Assembly (NCBI GenBank): GCA_016840085.1 | Contig: JAEOTA010000081.1 | Span: forward strand, 96,001-160,000 | DNA from: Promethearchaeota archaeon | Lineage (GTDB): Archaea; Asgardarchaeota; Lokiarchaeia; Sigyniarchaeales; SOKP01 | DNA: 64,000 bases | Direction of reading: 5' to 3' | In this document: positions 51,504-61,844 of the stretch, piece by piece | How positions within the stretch are numbered: position 1 is the stretch's first letter | Layout of the letters: the number at the start of each line of letters is the position of its first letter | The notes under the pieces: generated by a model | The model's input: the letters and a program-made list of their open reading frames with translations, nothing else | Databases searched by the model: none | Told to the model about the DNA's origin: nothing | Program-made: the position numbers and the translations under genes

Positions 51504-52532
51504 TTAAATAATTTTGTTTTTAATTAAGAAGTCTTTAATTTCTTTTTTAGTTAGAAAAGGACCATCCTTAGAATTAAAAGATTTAGAACTATCAAATTTA
51601 TTTATACTGGGATATAAAAGATTATTTATCTTGCCTGAAACCTCTGTTAATTGAGGTAAAATAATGTACATATTCTCTATTTCATATGTTCTCATTGATT
51701 CTTCAATTGAAAATAGTTCCTCATATAATTTCTCTCCTGCAAACATTCCAATTTCTTTTATTTGAATTTTTTCTTCTTTTTTATTGTATTTTTTTGCAAA
51801 ATTTTCAATTAGAACTTTAATAAGATCAATTATCTTGACAACATCCATTTTTAGAACAAAAACTTCTCCTCCCTGGGCAATTTCTAAAGTTTTTAAAATT
51901 AATTCAATAGCTCTATTAATACTCATAATATATCTTGTCATCTCAATATGAGTTAATGTTATAGGGATGTTATTTTTAATTTGATCTCTAATGAGAGGGA
52001 TTAAAGATCCTCTAGATCCTAACACATTCCCAAATCTTACTGAATAAAAAATAGTCTTAGCCTTTCCTTTATAAAAATTTGCTGCGGTGACTAATTTTTC
52101 TCCTAATAATTTGGTAACGCCCATAGTATTACTTGGTGAAGCTGCTTTATCTGTGCTAGTATAAACAAATTTTTCAATATTATAGTCTATACTTATTTCT
52201 ATTAAATTTTGAAGCCCTATAATATTTGTCTTAATAGCTTCAAATGGATTATATTCACATGCTACTACATGTTTTAAAGCAGCTAGATGAAACACAATAT
52301 CTACATCTTTAATAGCTCTATTTAATCTTTCTTTATCTCTTATATCCCCAATAAAAAATCTAAGTTTTTTTCTATAGTTCTTTAGTTTTTTAGATAAATA
52401 ATATTGTTTAGTATCATCCCGACTTAAAATTCTGATTACGTTAGGAGAATAATCTGATAATAATTTAAGAACTAGGTCTTCTCCGATAGAACCAGTACCT
52501 CCAGTAATTAAAATTGTTTTATTATCAAACAA
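51504..52532 (-). CDS. UDP-GlcNAc 4,6-dehydratase family (Polysacc_synt_2; PseB/CapD-like)
   Basis: TGGTGSIG, ALKHV..CEYNP, STDKA..P.NTMGVTK, VRFGNVLGSRGS and GEKLYEEL. Confidence 0.92.
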   Translation of the reverse strand: MFDNKTILITGGTGSIGEDLVLKLLSDYSPNVIRILSRDDTKQYYLSKKLKNYRKKLRFFIGDIRDKERLNRAIKDVDIVFHLAALKHVVACEYNPFEAIKTNIIGLQNLIEISIDYNIEKFVYTSTDKAASPSNTMGVTKLLGEKLVTAANFYKGKAKTIFYSVRFGNVLGSRGSLIPLIRDQIKNNIPITLTHIEMTRYIMSINRAIELILKTLEIAQGGEVFVLKMDVVKIIDLIKVLIENFAKKYNKKEEKIQIKEIGMFAGEKLYEELFSIEESMRTYEIENMYIILPQLTEVSGKINNLLYPSINKFDSSKSFNSKDGPFLTKKEIKDFLIKNKII

Positions 52533-52552
52533 TCAAACCACAAGAAAATTAA

Positions 52553-53470
52553 TTAAATAATATTTAAAAACAAATCTTCTAAGGATAATTCCTGTTCTTT
52601 TATTTTCAAAATTTTATAATTTCTTAAAATCTGAATTAAATCTTTGTAATAATCTCTATTTTTAATACGAACAATAAAGCCATTATTAATCTCAATAACT
52701 TCTTTTATAAAATTGTTTTTATTTAATTCTGATTTTAATTGGTTCTTAATTTCACTGATTTCTATTACAATTTTAATCTCTTGTTGTATTAATTTTGAAA
52801 TATCTTCCTTTGTCCCTATTTTGAGAATCTTACCTTTATCAATAAAAGCAATTCTGTCACATAATTGTTCTACAAGACTCATATCATGACTTGTCAGAAA
52901 TGTTGTTTTCTTAGATTCCTTTATTTTTTTTACTATATAAAATTTTGATTTAACATCTAAACCTAAAGTTGGCTCATCTAAAAATAAAATTTTACGATCC
53001 AATAATAGAGTTCGACATAAAGCAAGCTTCATTTTCATGCCACTTGAGAAATTCTCAACATATTGATTCAACCATTTTTCAAGTTCAAATTCTTTTATAA
53101 TTTCATTTATTTTCTTTTGATAATTTGGAATATTATAAATTTTACAAAAAAATTTTAAGTTATCATAGGCAGTAATTCTATAGTATAACATCTTGTCCTC
53201 TAACATTAATGCCACTTTAGATTTTGCTTTTTTAGGTTTTTTAAGAATATTGTATCCATCAATAAGAGCGTATCCACTTGTAGGTTGTTTTATTGTAGTT
53301 AAAATTTGAATTAATGTTGTTTTCCCTGCACCATTCGGACCTAATAGTCCAAATATCTCTCCCTCTTTTATTGATAAATTAACATCATTTAACGCAACAA
53401 TTTCTCTTTTACGTTGCTTTAACTTATAGATTTTAGATAAATCGAAAGTCTCAATGATATTTTTGTCCAT
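52553..53470 (-). CDS. ABC transporter ATP-binding protein (ABC-2/DrrA-like)
   Basis: GPNGAGKTT, FSSGM, LDEPT and SHD. Confidence 0.95.
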   Translation of the reverse strand: MDKNIIETFDLSKIYKLKQRKREIVALNDVNLSIKEGEIFGLLGPNGAGKTTLIQILTTIKQPTSGYALIDGYNILKKPKKAKSKVALMLEDKMLYYRITAYDNLKFFCKIYNIPNYQKKINEIIKEFELEKWLNQYVENFSSGMKMKLALCRTLLLDRKILFLDEPTLGLDVKSKFYIVKKIKESKKTTFLTSHDMSLVEQLCDRIAFIDKGKILKIGTKEDISKLIQQEIKIVIEISEIKNQLKSELNKNNFIKEVIEINNGFIVRIKNRDYYKDLIQILRNYKILKIKEQELSLEDLFLNII

Positions 53471-53474
53471 TTTT

Positions 53475-54296
53475 TTAGTAACCTACAATTCCATATTTTT
53501 TATATATGATATTAAATATGTAAACACCAATAACAGGAAGCATAATGCTTGTTAAAAGTAAAATTATAAAAGAAACTGGATGCAGGGTTATAGTTAATAG
53601 GAAATTATCTTCAATCCATGTTTTCCTTAAAAAATCGAAAATATGAAACAATGGATTCAAATTTATTAAAGCCTGCAATAAATTTGGAAAAATCTCAAAT
53701 GGATATGTAATACAACTGAGCCAAAAAATCCAATTTATACAAAAAAGCAAAAATCGCCATATACTTTCTTTTGAGATAGCAAAAATTCCTAGAATAAGTC
53801 CAATTCCACTGAAAGTAAATTCAATAAGAAAGAATATAAAAATTATACTAAGAATGGTAAAAATAGATATGGGGTAAATAATGTAACAAATAATAAAAAA
53901 GATAGTAAAGGGAATCGATATAACAATTAAATGTGATACAAAAATTCCTAATAATAAATTAAATCGATTAAAAGGAGCAATTATTAAAGCTGGAAGCGTT
54001 TGCCAAAATTTTTCTTGCCGTAATCCTGCAGGAAATTTTATAACTATATTTTTTAAAAGAATGATTTGATATGCTATAAATAGAAATATGACATAATTTT
54101 CATTTGTCCAAGGACCAAATTGTTGATTCAATTGAAATAATCTACCCATTACGATTAGAGGAAATATTATAGAAATAATGGGAGAAATAAAAGAAATAAC
54201 CAAACCAAATTTATATCTTAATTCTAATTTTGTGTTTTTTTCTGTTATAGCGGCAATTTGGGATAAATTTCTTTTAATAAATCTATAATAATCCAT
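53475..54296 (-). CDS. ABC-2 type transporter permease
   Basis: About 6 TM segments; REKF..TL...P and YP...P.......NP motifs; 4 bp from the ATPase gene. Confidence 0.88.
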   Translation of the reverse strand: MDYYRFIKRNLSQIAAITEKNTKLELRYKFGLVISFISPIISIIFPLIVMGRLFQLNQQFGPWTNENYVIFLFIAYQIILLKNIVIKFPAGLRQEKFWQTLPALIIAPFNRFNLLLGIFVSHLIVISIPFTIFFIICYIIYPISIFTILSIIFIFFLIEFTFSGIGLILGIFAISKESIWRFLLFCINWIFWLSCITYPFEIFPNLLQALINLNPLFHIFDFLRKTWIEDNFLLTITLHPVSFIILLLTSIMLPVIGVYIFNIIYKKYGIVGY

Positions 54297-54563
54297 TTTT
54301 AACTAATCCTTATTGATATTGAAAATAATTTTAATTATCACAGCTTCTTAATTCACTAGGTACTAACAAAAATTAGAATCTTTATATCTTTTAGTAATTT
54401 TAATTTGATATTTAATAAAAAAATTCTTATTTCAACTGTAATTAATGATTTAAATTTCTACAAAAAAGAAATATCCTATTGAAATTTACATATTTATTAA
54501 CAAAAAAAATTTTTATTAATGATAGATTGAAAGAAGTTGGAGAAAAAAAATTAATCAATTATA

Positions 54564-55727
54564 ATGAGATATATGGATAAACTAATAAATAATAATAAAA
54601 TTAAAATTTGTATTTTTTCTTTCCTTGGTTATCCTCTTTATAATAAAAATAAGAAAAGTAAGATTACCTTTGGAGGTTCTGAAGTCCAGTTATATTTGCT
54701 TTCAAAAGAACTAAGTAAAGAAAAAAATTTTATCATTGATGTAATTGTTGCGGATCAAAATCTCAGAGAAAGAGTTGAAAAGTATCAAAATTTAAAGATT
54801 CATGTTGCTCTCCCTATTGAAAGATCAATAAAAAATTATATAAAAGCTGTATTTCACTTTTATAAAACTTTAATTAGAATTAATCCTGATATAATTATCC
54901 AGAGATCTGCTGGAGTAGTAACAGGTCTTTTAGCTTTATATAGTAAATTATTAAAAAAAAAATTTCTCTTTTCTATTGCTAATCTTCCGAATGTCAATGG
55001 AAAAAGTGAAAGTGGTTTTCTTGGTAAATTCTTTAAGTTTGGAATTGATAATGCAACTCATATTATTGCTCAGAGTAAAGAGCAAATCTTAGAATTGGAA
55101 AAATATAAAAAAAGAAAATTCAATAATATTACTGTTATTAAAAGCGGTTTTGAGATAACAAATGAGCAAATAAGAAATAAAAAATATATATTATGGGTAG
55201 CAAGAGCAATAGATTGGAAAAGACCAGAACTTTTTTTGAAGCTTGCTGAAAAATTTTCCAATGAAAAATTTCTAATGATTTGCAATAAAGTAGATAACAA
55301 AATTGATAGTATTAAATATTGGAAAAGAATACACAATATAGCATCTAAGATTTCTAATATAAATTTCTTAAAATTTGTTCCTTTTGAAGAGATAAATCAA
55401 TATTTTGAGCAAGCGAAAATTTTAATTAATACTTCCTCATATGAAGGTTTTCCGAGTACATTCATTCAAGCCTTAATCAGTAAAACCCCCATACTCAGTT
55501 TAAATGTAGATCCTGATAATTTTTTGACAAATAATAAATGTGGCTTTAATTGTTTTAATAGCTTTAACGAATTAGTAAATAAAACTAAGGTTTTATTAAA
55601 AAATAAGGAAATCTATAAAAGCTATTCTCATAATGCTTATAAATACGCTAAAAACAATCATGATATCAAAATAATTATTAAAAAGTGGAATATATTAATT
55701 TATTCTCTATTTAAAGGAATAATTTAA
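54564..55727 (+). CDS. Glycosyltransferase family 4
   Basis: GGSEVQ, WVARAIDWKRPE and EGFPSTFIQA...LNVDPD. Confidence 0.92.
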   Translation: MRYMDKLINNNKIKICIFSFLGYPLYNKNKKSKITFGGSEVQLYLLSKELSKEKNFIIDVIVADQNLRERVEKYQNLKIHVALPIERSIKNYIKAVFHFYKTLIRINPDIIIQRSAGVVTGLLALYSKLLKKKFLFSIANLPNVNGKSESGFLGKFFKFGIDNATHIIAQSKEQILELEKYKKRKFNNITVIKSGFEITNEQIRNKKYILWVARAIDWKRPELFLKLAEKFSNEKFLMICNKVDNKIDSIKYWKRIHNIASKISNINFLKFVPFEEINQYFEQAKILINTSSYEGFPSTFIQALISKTPILSLNVDPDNFLTNNKCGFNCFNSFNELVNKTKVLLKNKEIYKSYSHNAYKYAKNNHDIKIIIKKWNILIYSLFKGII

Positions 55728-55793
55728 AATAAAAGTCAAAAATACTTAAACTCAAGAATGCTAAACGTATTAAATGAAGGATTAATATCATGC

Positions 55794-55840
55794 AAATCAA
55801 AAAAATATTTAAATTTATCATCATGACTTAATATAAAAAC
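55794..55840 (+). promoter_or_regulatory. Conserved upstream element with a TATA-like box (copy 1)
   Basis: aaatcaaaaaaatatttaaatttatcatcatgacttaatataaaaac; a similar element lies at the same distance upstream of the paralog. Confidence 0.5.
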
Positions 55841-55862
55841 TTTTTCTTTAATATCATTAACT

Positions 55863-58073
55863 ATGTTAATCGTAGACCATTATTTTATCATTACTTTTTT
55901 ACTTTTCATATCTTATTTTATTATGATCTCAATATTTGGTCTTGCTGTTCTCTCAATTTTCAAAAAGAAGCTGTATAAAAATAAAATTACTTTGTCATTA
56001 ACTCTACAATATTTTTCTATAGGGTTATGTCTACATATCATCTATTCGATGATTATTGTATCATTTCAAATATTTAACTTCTTCACGATTTACTTGCCTT
56101 TCATAATAGCAGATATTTGGTTCTTGATTTATTACTTAAAAAAATATAATATCGATATAAAATTTAAAATCCACTCTCTTAATAGGAATAAAACAATAGA
56201 CTTTTTTAAAAAGTATAAAACAGAGATTCTAATTTTAATTGTAATATTTTTTATGCTGTATACTTTACAAATGTATTTTATCTGGCAACGTTTAGCATTT
56301 CCAAGCAGTGATCCTTTCTTTTGGTTTAAAACTATATGGTTTGTTCATGAGAATGGAGCTATTAATTATGAATATATAGAAGGCTATACCCCTGGTTATG
56401 TATTATTTGTAGCATCCATGATCTCTGTTACTGATAATTATTTTATAGTATATTATTTTTGTAAATACATCCCTATTTTTTTATCAGTTGTCAATATTCT
56501 CGTATTATTTGAGATTTCAAAAAAACTTTTTAAAAAAAGAATATATGTCTTTTTCACACTCTCAATTTATCTAAGTATGAGTTATTTATTTTATCGATAT
56601 CAAATGCTTTTACCTTCTACATTGGCTACCACATTAGGATTCTTATTCTTATTATTCCTAAGAAAAGGGGCAATTTCGAATTTAATTTCAAAAGATCTAA
56701 AATTGCGAACACCCTCCTTAAAAAATATTAATAAACATGACAAGGTTTATAGAGGGTTAATCCTTTCAGGAATTTTTATGGCACATCCTTTATATGGGGC
56801 TTTTTATTTACTTTTTTACTTTTTATATGAAATATATATATTTATATCTACCATAAAATTGAAAAGAAACATTTTGGTATCAAGAACTTCGTTTACAATA
56901 AAATTTTTTGCTAATATTGTTTCATTGCTTTTAATTTTTGCGGGCTTACTACTTCCTTGGCTTATAGGTGCATCAATTTACCTAGATTACCCTTTATATA
57001 GTCCATTTTTACATTATTTTGCTACTCTTTATTTATATAATCCTTTAACTGGAATTGTGAAGATTGGGAAATTTTTTTATGATATAGCAATAGAAATATT
57101 ATATAAATCTGTTTATTATGATATAGACAGATATATTCTTTACGATTTTTTTGATTTATTTCGTATTTCAAGAATAAACTATTTCTATGTATATACTTTA
57201 GATATTGGAATTATAATAATTATAATAGGAATATTACTGCCATTTAATAGATTTTTTAACTTTAGTGAAAAACAAAAAAATATAGTTAGATTTATTAAAT
57301 TTACTTTTATTTTAAGTGTCTTTCTTTTCATTTTTAGACAAATTATTGATTTAGATGCATTACCATTTTTTACAGGATTGGATAGTTTTTTAAGTAGGTT
57401 TCTTAGACGTTTAATTGAATTATTTTCAGGTTATTGGGCAGTTATATTTGTATTATCTTTTTATTACTTTTTTTTCCTAATAAAAAATATCTTTTTTGAG
57501 TTTAAAGCTGTTCTGAATTATTCTAAGAACAAAATTATGAAAAAACCTTTCTTTATCAATAAATTAAATAGATCTTTATTAAAATTCAAATCTATTATAA
57601 AGAGTTCTAACAAGAAATATCAAAAAAAAATTTTAAGCGTTCCAATTATAGTTATAATAAGCCTAGTAAGCTATTTTTTTTATACTACTAATTATGGGAG
57701 GATTTATTATTATAATCATTTTTTAAATAGTCAAACCGACGCAGTTATATTTGCTGGAAATTATTTTAATGAAAACCCATTAGAAGAAGAAACTTTAATA
57801 CTTGTACAAAAAATAGAAGGTAGATTTCTTTATGATTTAATTGTTTTTAATAATTTAAAAATAATTTATTACAAATTTTATTTTGGATTAAATTTTTCTG
57901 AATTTAGAAATTACTACGAATCTCAAAATGTTACTTATATCTTATTTAATGGATATTTTACCTTTGTACAATATGCGAATAAAAATTATTTTTACAGAAA
58001 TCTAACACTATATTTTAATATTCTTTACCGAAATAGCAAAGAATGGGTATTTGCAAAGTTAAAAATAGAATAA
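55863..58073 (+). CDS. Large polytopic membrane protein, GT-C-like (tandem copy 1)
   Basis: 736 aa; FPSSDPFFWF, GYTPGY, AHPLYG and a C-terminal soluble domain. Confidence 0.6.
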   Translation: MLIVDHYFIITFLLFISYFIMISIFGLAVLSIFKKKLYKNKITLSLTLQYFSIGLCLHIIYSMIIVSFQIFNFFTIYLPFIIADIWFLIYYLKKYNIDIKFKIHSLNRNKTIDFFKKYKTEILILIVIFFMLYTLQMYFIWQRLAFPSSDPFFWFKTIWFVHENGAINYEYIEGYTPGYVLFVASMISVTDNYFIVYYFCKYIPIFLSVVNILVLFEISKKLFKKRIYVFFTLSIYLSMSYLFYRYQMLLPSTLATTLGFLFLLFLRKGAISNLISKDLKLRTPSLKNINKHDKVYRGLILSGIFMAHPLYGAFYLLFYFLYEIYIFISTIKLKRNILVSRTSFTIKFFANIVSLLLIFAGLLLPWLIGASIYLDYPLYSPFLHYFATLYLYNPLTGIVKIGKFFYDIAIEILYKSVYYDIDRYILYDFFDLFRISRINYFYVYTLDIGIIIIIIGILLPFNRFFNFSEKQKNIVRFIKFTFILSVFLFIFRQIIDLDALPFFTGLDSFLSRFLRRLIELFSGYWAVIFVLSFYYFFFLIKNIFFEFKAVLNYSKNKIMKKPFFINKLNRSLLKFKSIIKSSNKKYQKKILSVPIIVIISLVSYFFYTTNYGRIYYYNHFLNSQTDAVIFAGNYFNENPLEEETLILVQKIEGRFLYDLIVFNNLKIIYYKFYFGLNFSEFRNYYESQNVTYILFNGYFTFVQYANKNYFYRNLTLYFNILYRNSKEWVFAKLKIE

Positions 58074-58285
58074 TTAATAAAATTTTATTGAAGAAAAATA
58101 TCTTTACCCTAATAAATTAAATTATAATTATTATAACTGAAAAAATACTCAAAATTGTAAAATATATTTATAAAACAATTAACTAAACTAATTTTTTATT
58201 TAAAAGGTGAAATTTATAGAATTTGAATTTAAAAAATTTTGAATATAAGGCATAATAAATTTTAAAATAAAGGTAATTACTAAAG

Positions 58286-58332
58286 AAATCGAAAAAATAT
58301 TTAAGTTTTTTACCATGACATAATGCAAAAAC
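58286..58332 (+). promoter_or_regulatory. Conserved upstream element with a TATA-like box (copy 2)
   Basis: aaatcgaaaaaatatttaagttttttaccatgacataatgcaaaaac. Confidence 0.5.
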
Positions 58333-58355
58333 AAGTTTCTTTAAGTTAATTGTTT

Positions 58356-60557
58356 ATGTTAATAGTAGATTTATTCTTTATAATCACTTTCTTTCTATTT
58401 ATCTCATATTTCATTATAATTTCATATTTTGGTTTTGCGATTTCATTTTTTTTTAAAAATACGTGTTATGAAAGAAGAATTACTTTATCATTAATATTGA
58501 AGCGTTTTTCTATTGGACTATGTTTCCACATTTTATATTCGATAATTATTGTATCACTTCAAATATTTAATTTCTTTACAGTTTATTTACCATTTGTTAT
58601 AATAGATATTGGATTTTTAACTTATTTCTTAAAGAAAAAGAATTTTTACTTAAAATTTCGAATACAAAATATTAGTTGGAATAAAATAATAGATTTTTTT
58701 AAAAAGTATGCAACAGATATTCTAACTTTAATTGTAATATTTTTTATGCTCTATACTTTACAAATGTATTTTATCTGGCGTCGTTTAGCATTTCCTAGCA
58801 GTGATCCTTTCTTTTGGTTTAAAAATATATGGTTTGTTCATGAGAATGGAGCTATTAATTATGAATATATAGAAGGCTATACCCCTGGTTATGTATTATT
58901 TGTAGCATCCATGATCTCTATTACTGATAATTATTTTATAGTTTATTATTTTTGTAAATATATCCCGATTTTTCTATCAGCTGTCAATATTCTCGTATTA
59001 TTCGAGATTTCAAAAAAACTTTTTAAAAAAAGAATATATGTCTTTTTCACACTCTCAATTTATCTAAGTATGAGTTATTTATTTTATCGTTATCAAATGC
59101 TTTTACCCTCTACACTGGCTACTACATTAGGATTTTTATTCTTATTATTCCTAAGAAAAGGAGCAATTTCGAATTTAGTTTCAAAAGATCTAAAATTGAG
59201 AACACCCTCCTTAAAAAATATTAATAAACACGATAAATTATATAGAGGATTAATCCTTGCAGGAATTTTTATGGCACATCCTTTGTATGGAGTTTTTTTT
59301 TTACTTTTTTACTTTTTATATGAAATTTATATATTTATAATAACAATAAAATTGAAAAGGAAAATCTTGTTATCAAGAACTTCGTTTACAATAAAGTTTT
59401 TTGTTAACATGGGCTCTTTATTTTTAATTTTTATCATAATGTTATTTCCATGGCTCATAGGAGCATCGATTTACCTAGATTACCCATTATATAGCCCATT
59501 TCAGCATTATATTGCTCCTAGTTATTTATATAATCCTTTAAACGGCATCATAGAAATTGGAAAATTTTTTTTTAACTTAGCTAGAAACATATTATATCAA
59601 TCTATTTATTATGAAATTGATACATATATTATGAATGATTTCTTTAAAGCTATTCGTGTTAGTAATTTGAATCATTTTTATAGGCATACCATGGAAGTTG
59701 GAATAATTTTTATTGTAATAGGAATATTGCTACCATTTAATAGATTTTTTAACTTCAATGAAAAGCAAAAAAATATAATTAGATTTATTAAATTTACTTT
59801 TGTTTTAAGTGTCTTTCTTTACATTTTTCGACAAATTATTAATTTAGATGCATTACCATTTTTCACCAGAATAGATAGCTTTCTAAAAGTTTTTCTTAGA
59901 CGCTTATTTGAATTATTCGCAGGATATTGGGCAATAATTTTTGTATTATCATTTTATTATTTTATTTTTCTATTTAAGAAGATCTTTTTTAAATTTAGAG
60001 CATCTCTAAAATATTCTAAAAATAGAATTAGGAATAAAATATTCTCAATCAATATCGTTATGAGATTTTTAACTAAATTAAATTTCATTACCCAAATTCT
60101 TAAAAAATTAAATATTAAAAAAAGAGAAATCCTAAGCATCCCTATTATTATATCTGTAATAATTATAAGTGGATTTTTTTATACCACGAATTATGGGAAC
60201 ATTTACTATTATAATCATTTCCCTAATAGCCATACTGACGCCGTTATTTTTGCGGGGAATTATTTTAATGAAAATCCATTAGAAGAAGAAACTGCAATAC
60301 TTGTCAAAAAAATAGAAGGTAGATTTCTTTATGATTTAATTGTATTTGATAATTTAAAAATAATTTATTACAAATTCTATTATGGGTTAAATTATACAGA
60401 ATTCAGAAGTTTCTATGAACCGCGAAATATCTCTTATGCATTGTTTAATATAAAATATTCTTTTGAAGAATTCAAGGCAAATTTGACCATTTATTTTGAA
60501 ATTCTATATCGAAATGAACAAGATTGGATTTTTGCTAAATTAAACACCTTTAGTTAG
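58356..60557 (+). CDS. Large polytopic membrane protein, GT-C-like (tandem copy 2)
   Basis: Full-length paralog of 55863; ATG 58356 matches the MLIVD start of copy 1. Confidence 0.6.
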   Translation: MLIVDLFFIITFFLFISYFIIISYFGFAISFFFKNTCYERRITLSLILKRFSIGLCFHILYSIIIVSLQIFNFFTVYLPFVIIDIGFLTYFLKKKNFYLKFRIQNISWNKIIDFFKKYATDILTLIVIFFMLYTLQMYFIWRRLAFPSSDPFFWFKNIWFVHENGAINYEYIEGYTPGYVLFVASMISITDNYFIVYYFCKYIPIFLSAVNILVLFEISKKLFKKRIYVFFTLSIYLSMSYLFYRYQMLLPSTLATTLGFLFLLFLRKGAISNLVSKDLKLRTPSLKNINKHDKLYRGLILAGIFMAHPLYGVFFLLFYFLYEIYIFIITIKLKRKILLSRTSFTIKFFVNMGSLFLIFIIMLFPWLIGASIYLDYPLYSPFQHYIAPSYLYNPLNGIIEIGKFFFNLARNILYQSIYYEIDTYIMNDFFKAIRVSNLNHFYRHTMEVGIIFIVIGILLPFNRFFNFNEKQKNIIRFIKFTFVLSVFLYIFRQIINLDALPFFTRIDSFLKVFLRRLFELFAGYWAIIFVLSFYYFIFLFKKIFFKFRASLKYSKNRIRNKIFSINIVMRFLTKLNFITQILKKLNIKKREILSIPIIISVIIISGFFYTTNYGNIYYYNHFPNSHTDAVIFAGNYFNENPLEEETAILVKKIEGRFLYDLIVFDNLKIIYYKFYYGLNYTEFRSFYEPRNISYALFNIKYSFEEFKANLTIYFEILYRNEQDWIFAKLNTFS

Positions 60558-60756
60558 ACTTAAATAATTGTGGAATAAATAGTAGTAAAATATTCATTTT
60601 ATTATTATTAAATATAAATTCAATGAATCGATTATTTTAGATCATTAAAAACGCAGGATACAATTAAATTTATATTTTAAAAAGCTATTATATTATTCAA
60701 AAAAATCTTATTAAAAACATATAAAAAAAATAATAAAATCTGACAAAAGGGCAAAT

Positions 60757-61605
60757 TTGTTGAAAATCCTAAGTTCTGAAAAGAAAATTATATTAGATTC
60801 TAAAAATCACGTCACAAATCAAAAACAAGAGACAGGCTTCAAATTTCAGGAATTGTATGATTATTTAAATCAATATAGGCTCAAAGATGATCAAATTTTG
60901 TTATCTATCGTGTTACCTGCTTATAATGAAGAAAAATCAATTAAAAAAATATTAGAGAGTCTCCCTAATGATAGTTCTATTGAAATAATTGTAATTGACG
61001 ATAATTCATCAGATGGTAGTATTAAAGAAATTCAAAAAGTAAATGATCATAGAAAAATTAAACTATTGAGACATAAGAAGAATCGAGGTTATGGTGGAGC
61101 AATAATCACTGGAATCAAACATGCTAAAGGTGAAGTAATCGTAACTATGGATTCTGATGGTCAACATTCTCCTAAAGATATTATTCAATTAATAAAACCA
61201 ATTTTTGAGCATGAGGTTGATTGTACTATCGGTTCAAGATACTTAGGGGGCAATTATTATGATTTACCATCACTAACGAGACTAGGGGAAGCGATTATAG
61301 AAAAACTGCTTCATATTTTTTTTGGTCAGAAAGTAATGAACAGTCAAAACGGTTTTCGTGCTTTTAATAGAAAATTGGTTCCAATCTTTAAAGATGCAAA
61401 ATATTATGGATTTACTTATGCTACTGAGATGATAATTTTAACGTTAATTAATGGATGTAAAATAAAAGAATGCCCAATTAAAGTGTATGAACGTGCGTAT
61501 GGAGTTTCAAAAATTAGTATGAGAAAGCTGGCCTTTAATCTCCTTATTTGTTTTTTACGATACTATTTTCGAAAGCTTTTAATGCTTTTTACAAGGAAAA
61601 AATAG
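60757..61605 (+). CDS. GT2 polyprenol-phosphate glycosyltransferase (DPM1/DPG-like); paralog of 19248
   Basis: IVLPAYNEE, IDDNS, MDSDGQH, TRLGEA and QNGFRAF. Confidence 0.9.
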   Translation: MLKILSSEKKIILDSKNHVTNQKQETGFKFQELYDYLNQYRLKDDQILLSIVLPAYNEEKSIKKILESLPNDSSIEIIVIDDNSSDGSIKEIQKVNDHRKIKLLRHKKNRGYGGAIITGIKHAKGEVIVTMDSDGQHSPKDIIQLIKPIFEHEVDCTIGSRYLGGNYYDLPSLTRLGEAIIEKLLHIFFGQKVMNSQNGFRAFNRKLVPIFKDAKYYGFTYATEMIILTLINGCKIKECPIKVYERAYGVSKISMRKLAFNLLICFLRYYFRKLLMLFTRKK

Positions 61606-61844
61606 AAATAAAACTTTATTTCAATATTTAAAACCATTTTTAAGAAAAACTGCTTATAATCAAACTGAATTTAATAATCAAATTAATTTTTTGAAAGAAA
61701 ATGGTTTTCAGTACTTATTAACAGATCAAACTTTCATATCTGAATACAAAAGTGGAAATTTATTCATTAATAATTTCTACAATATAACATTATATAGATG
61801 TGGTGATTTAAATTTATATTATGCACCATATTTCAATTAAATTA

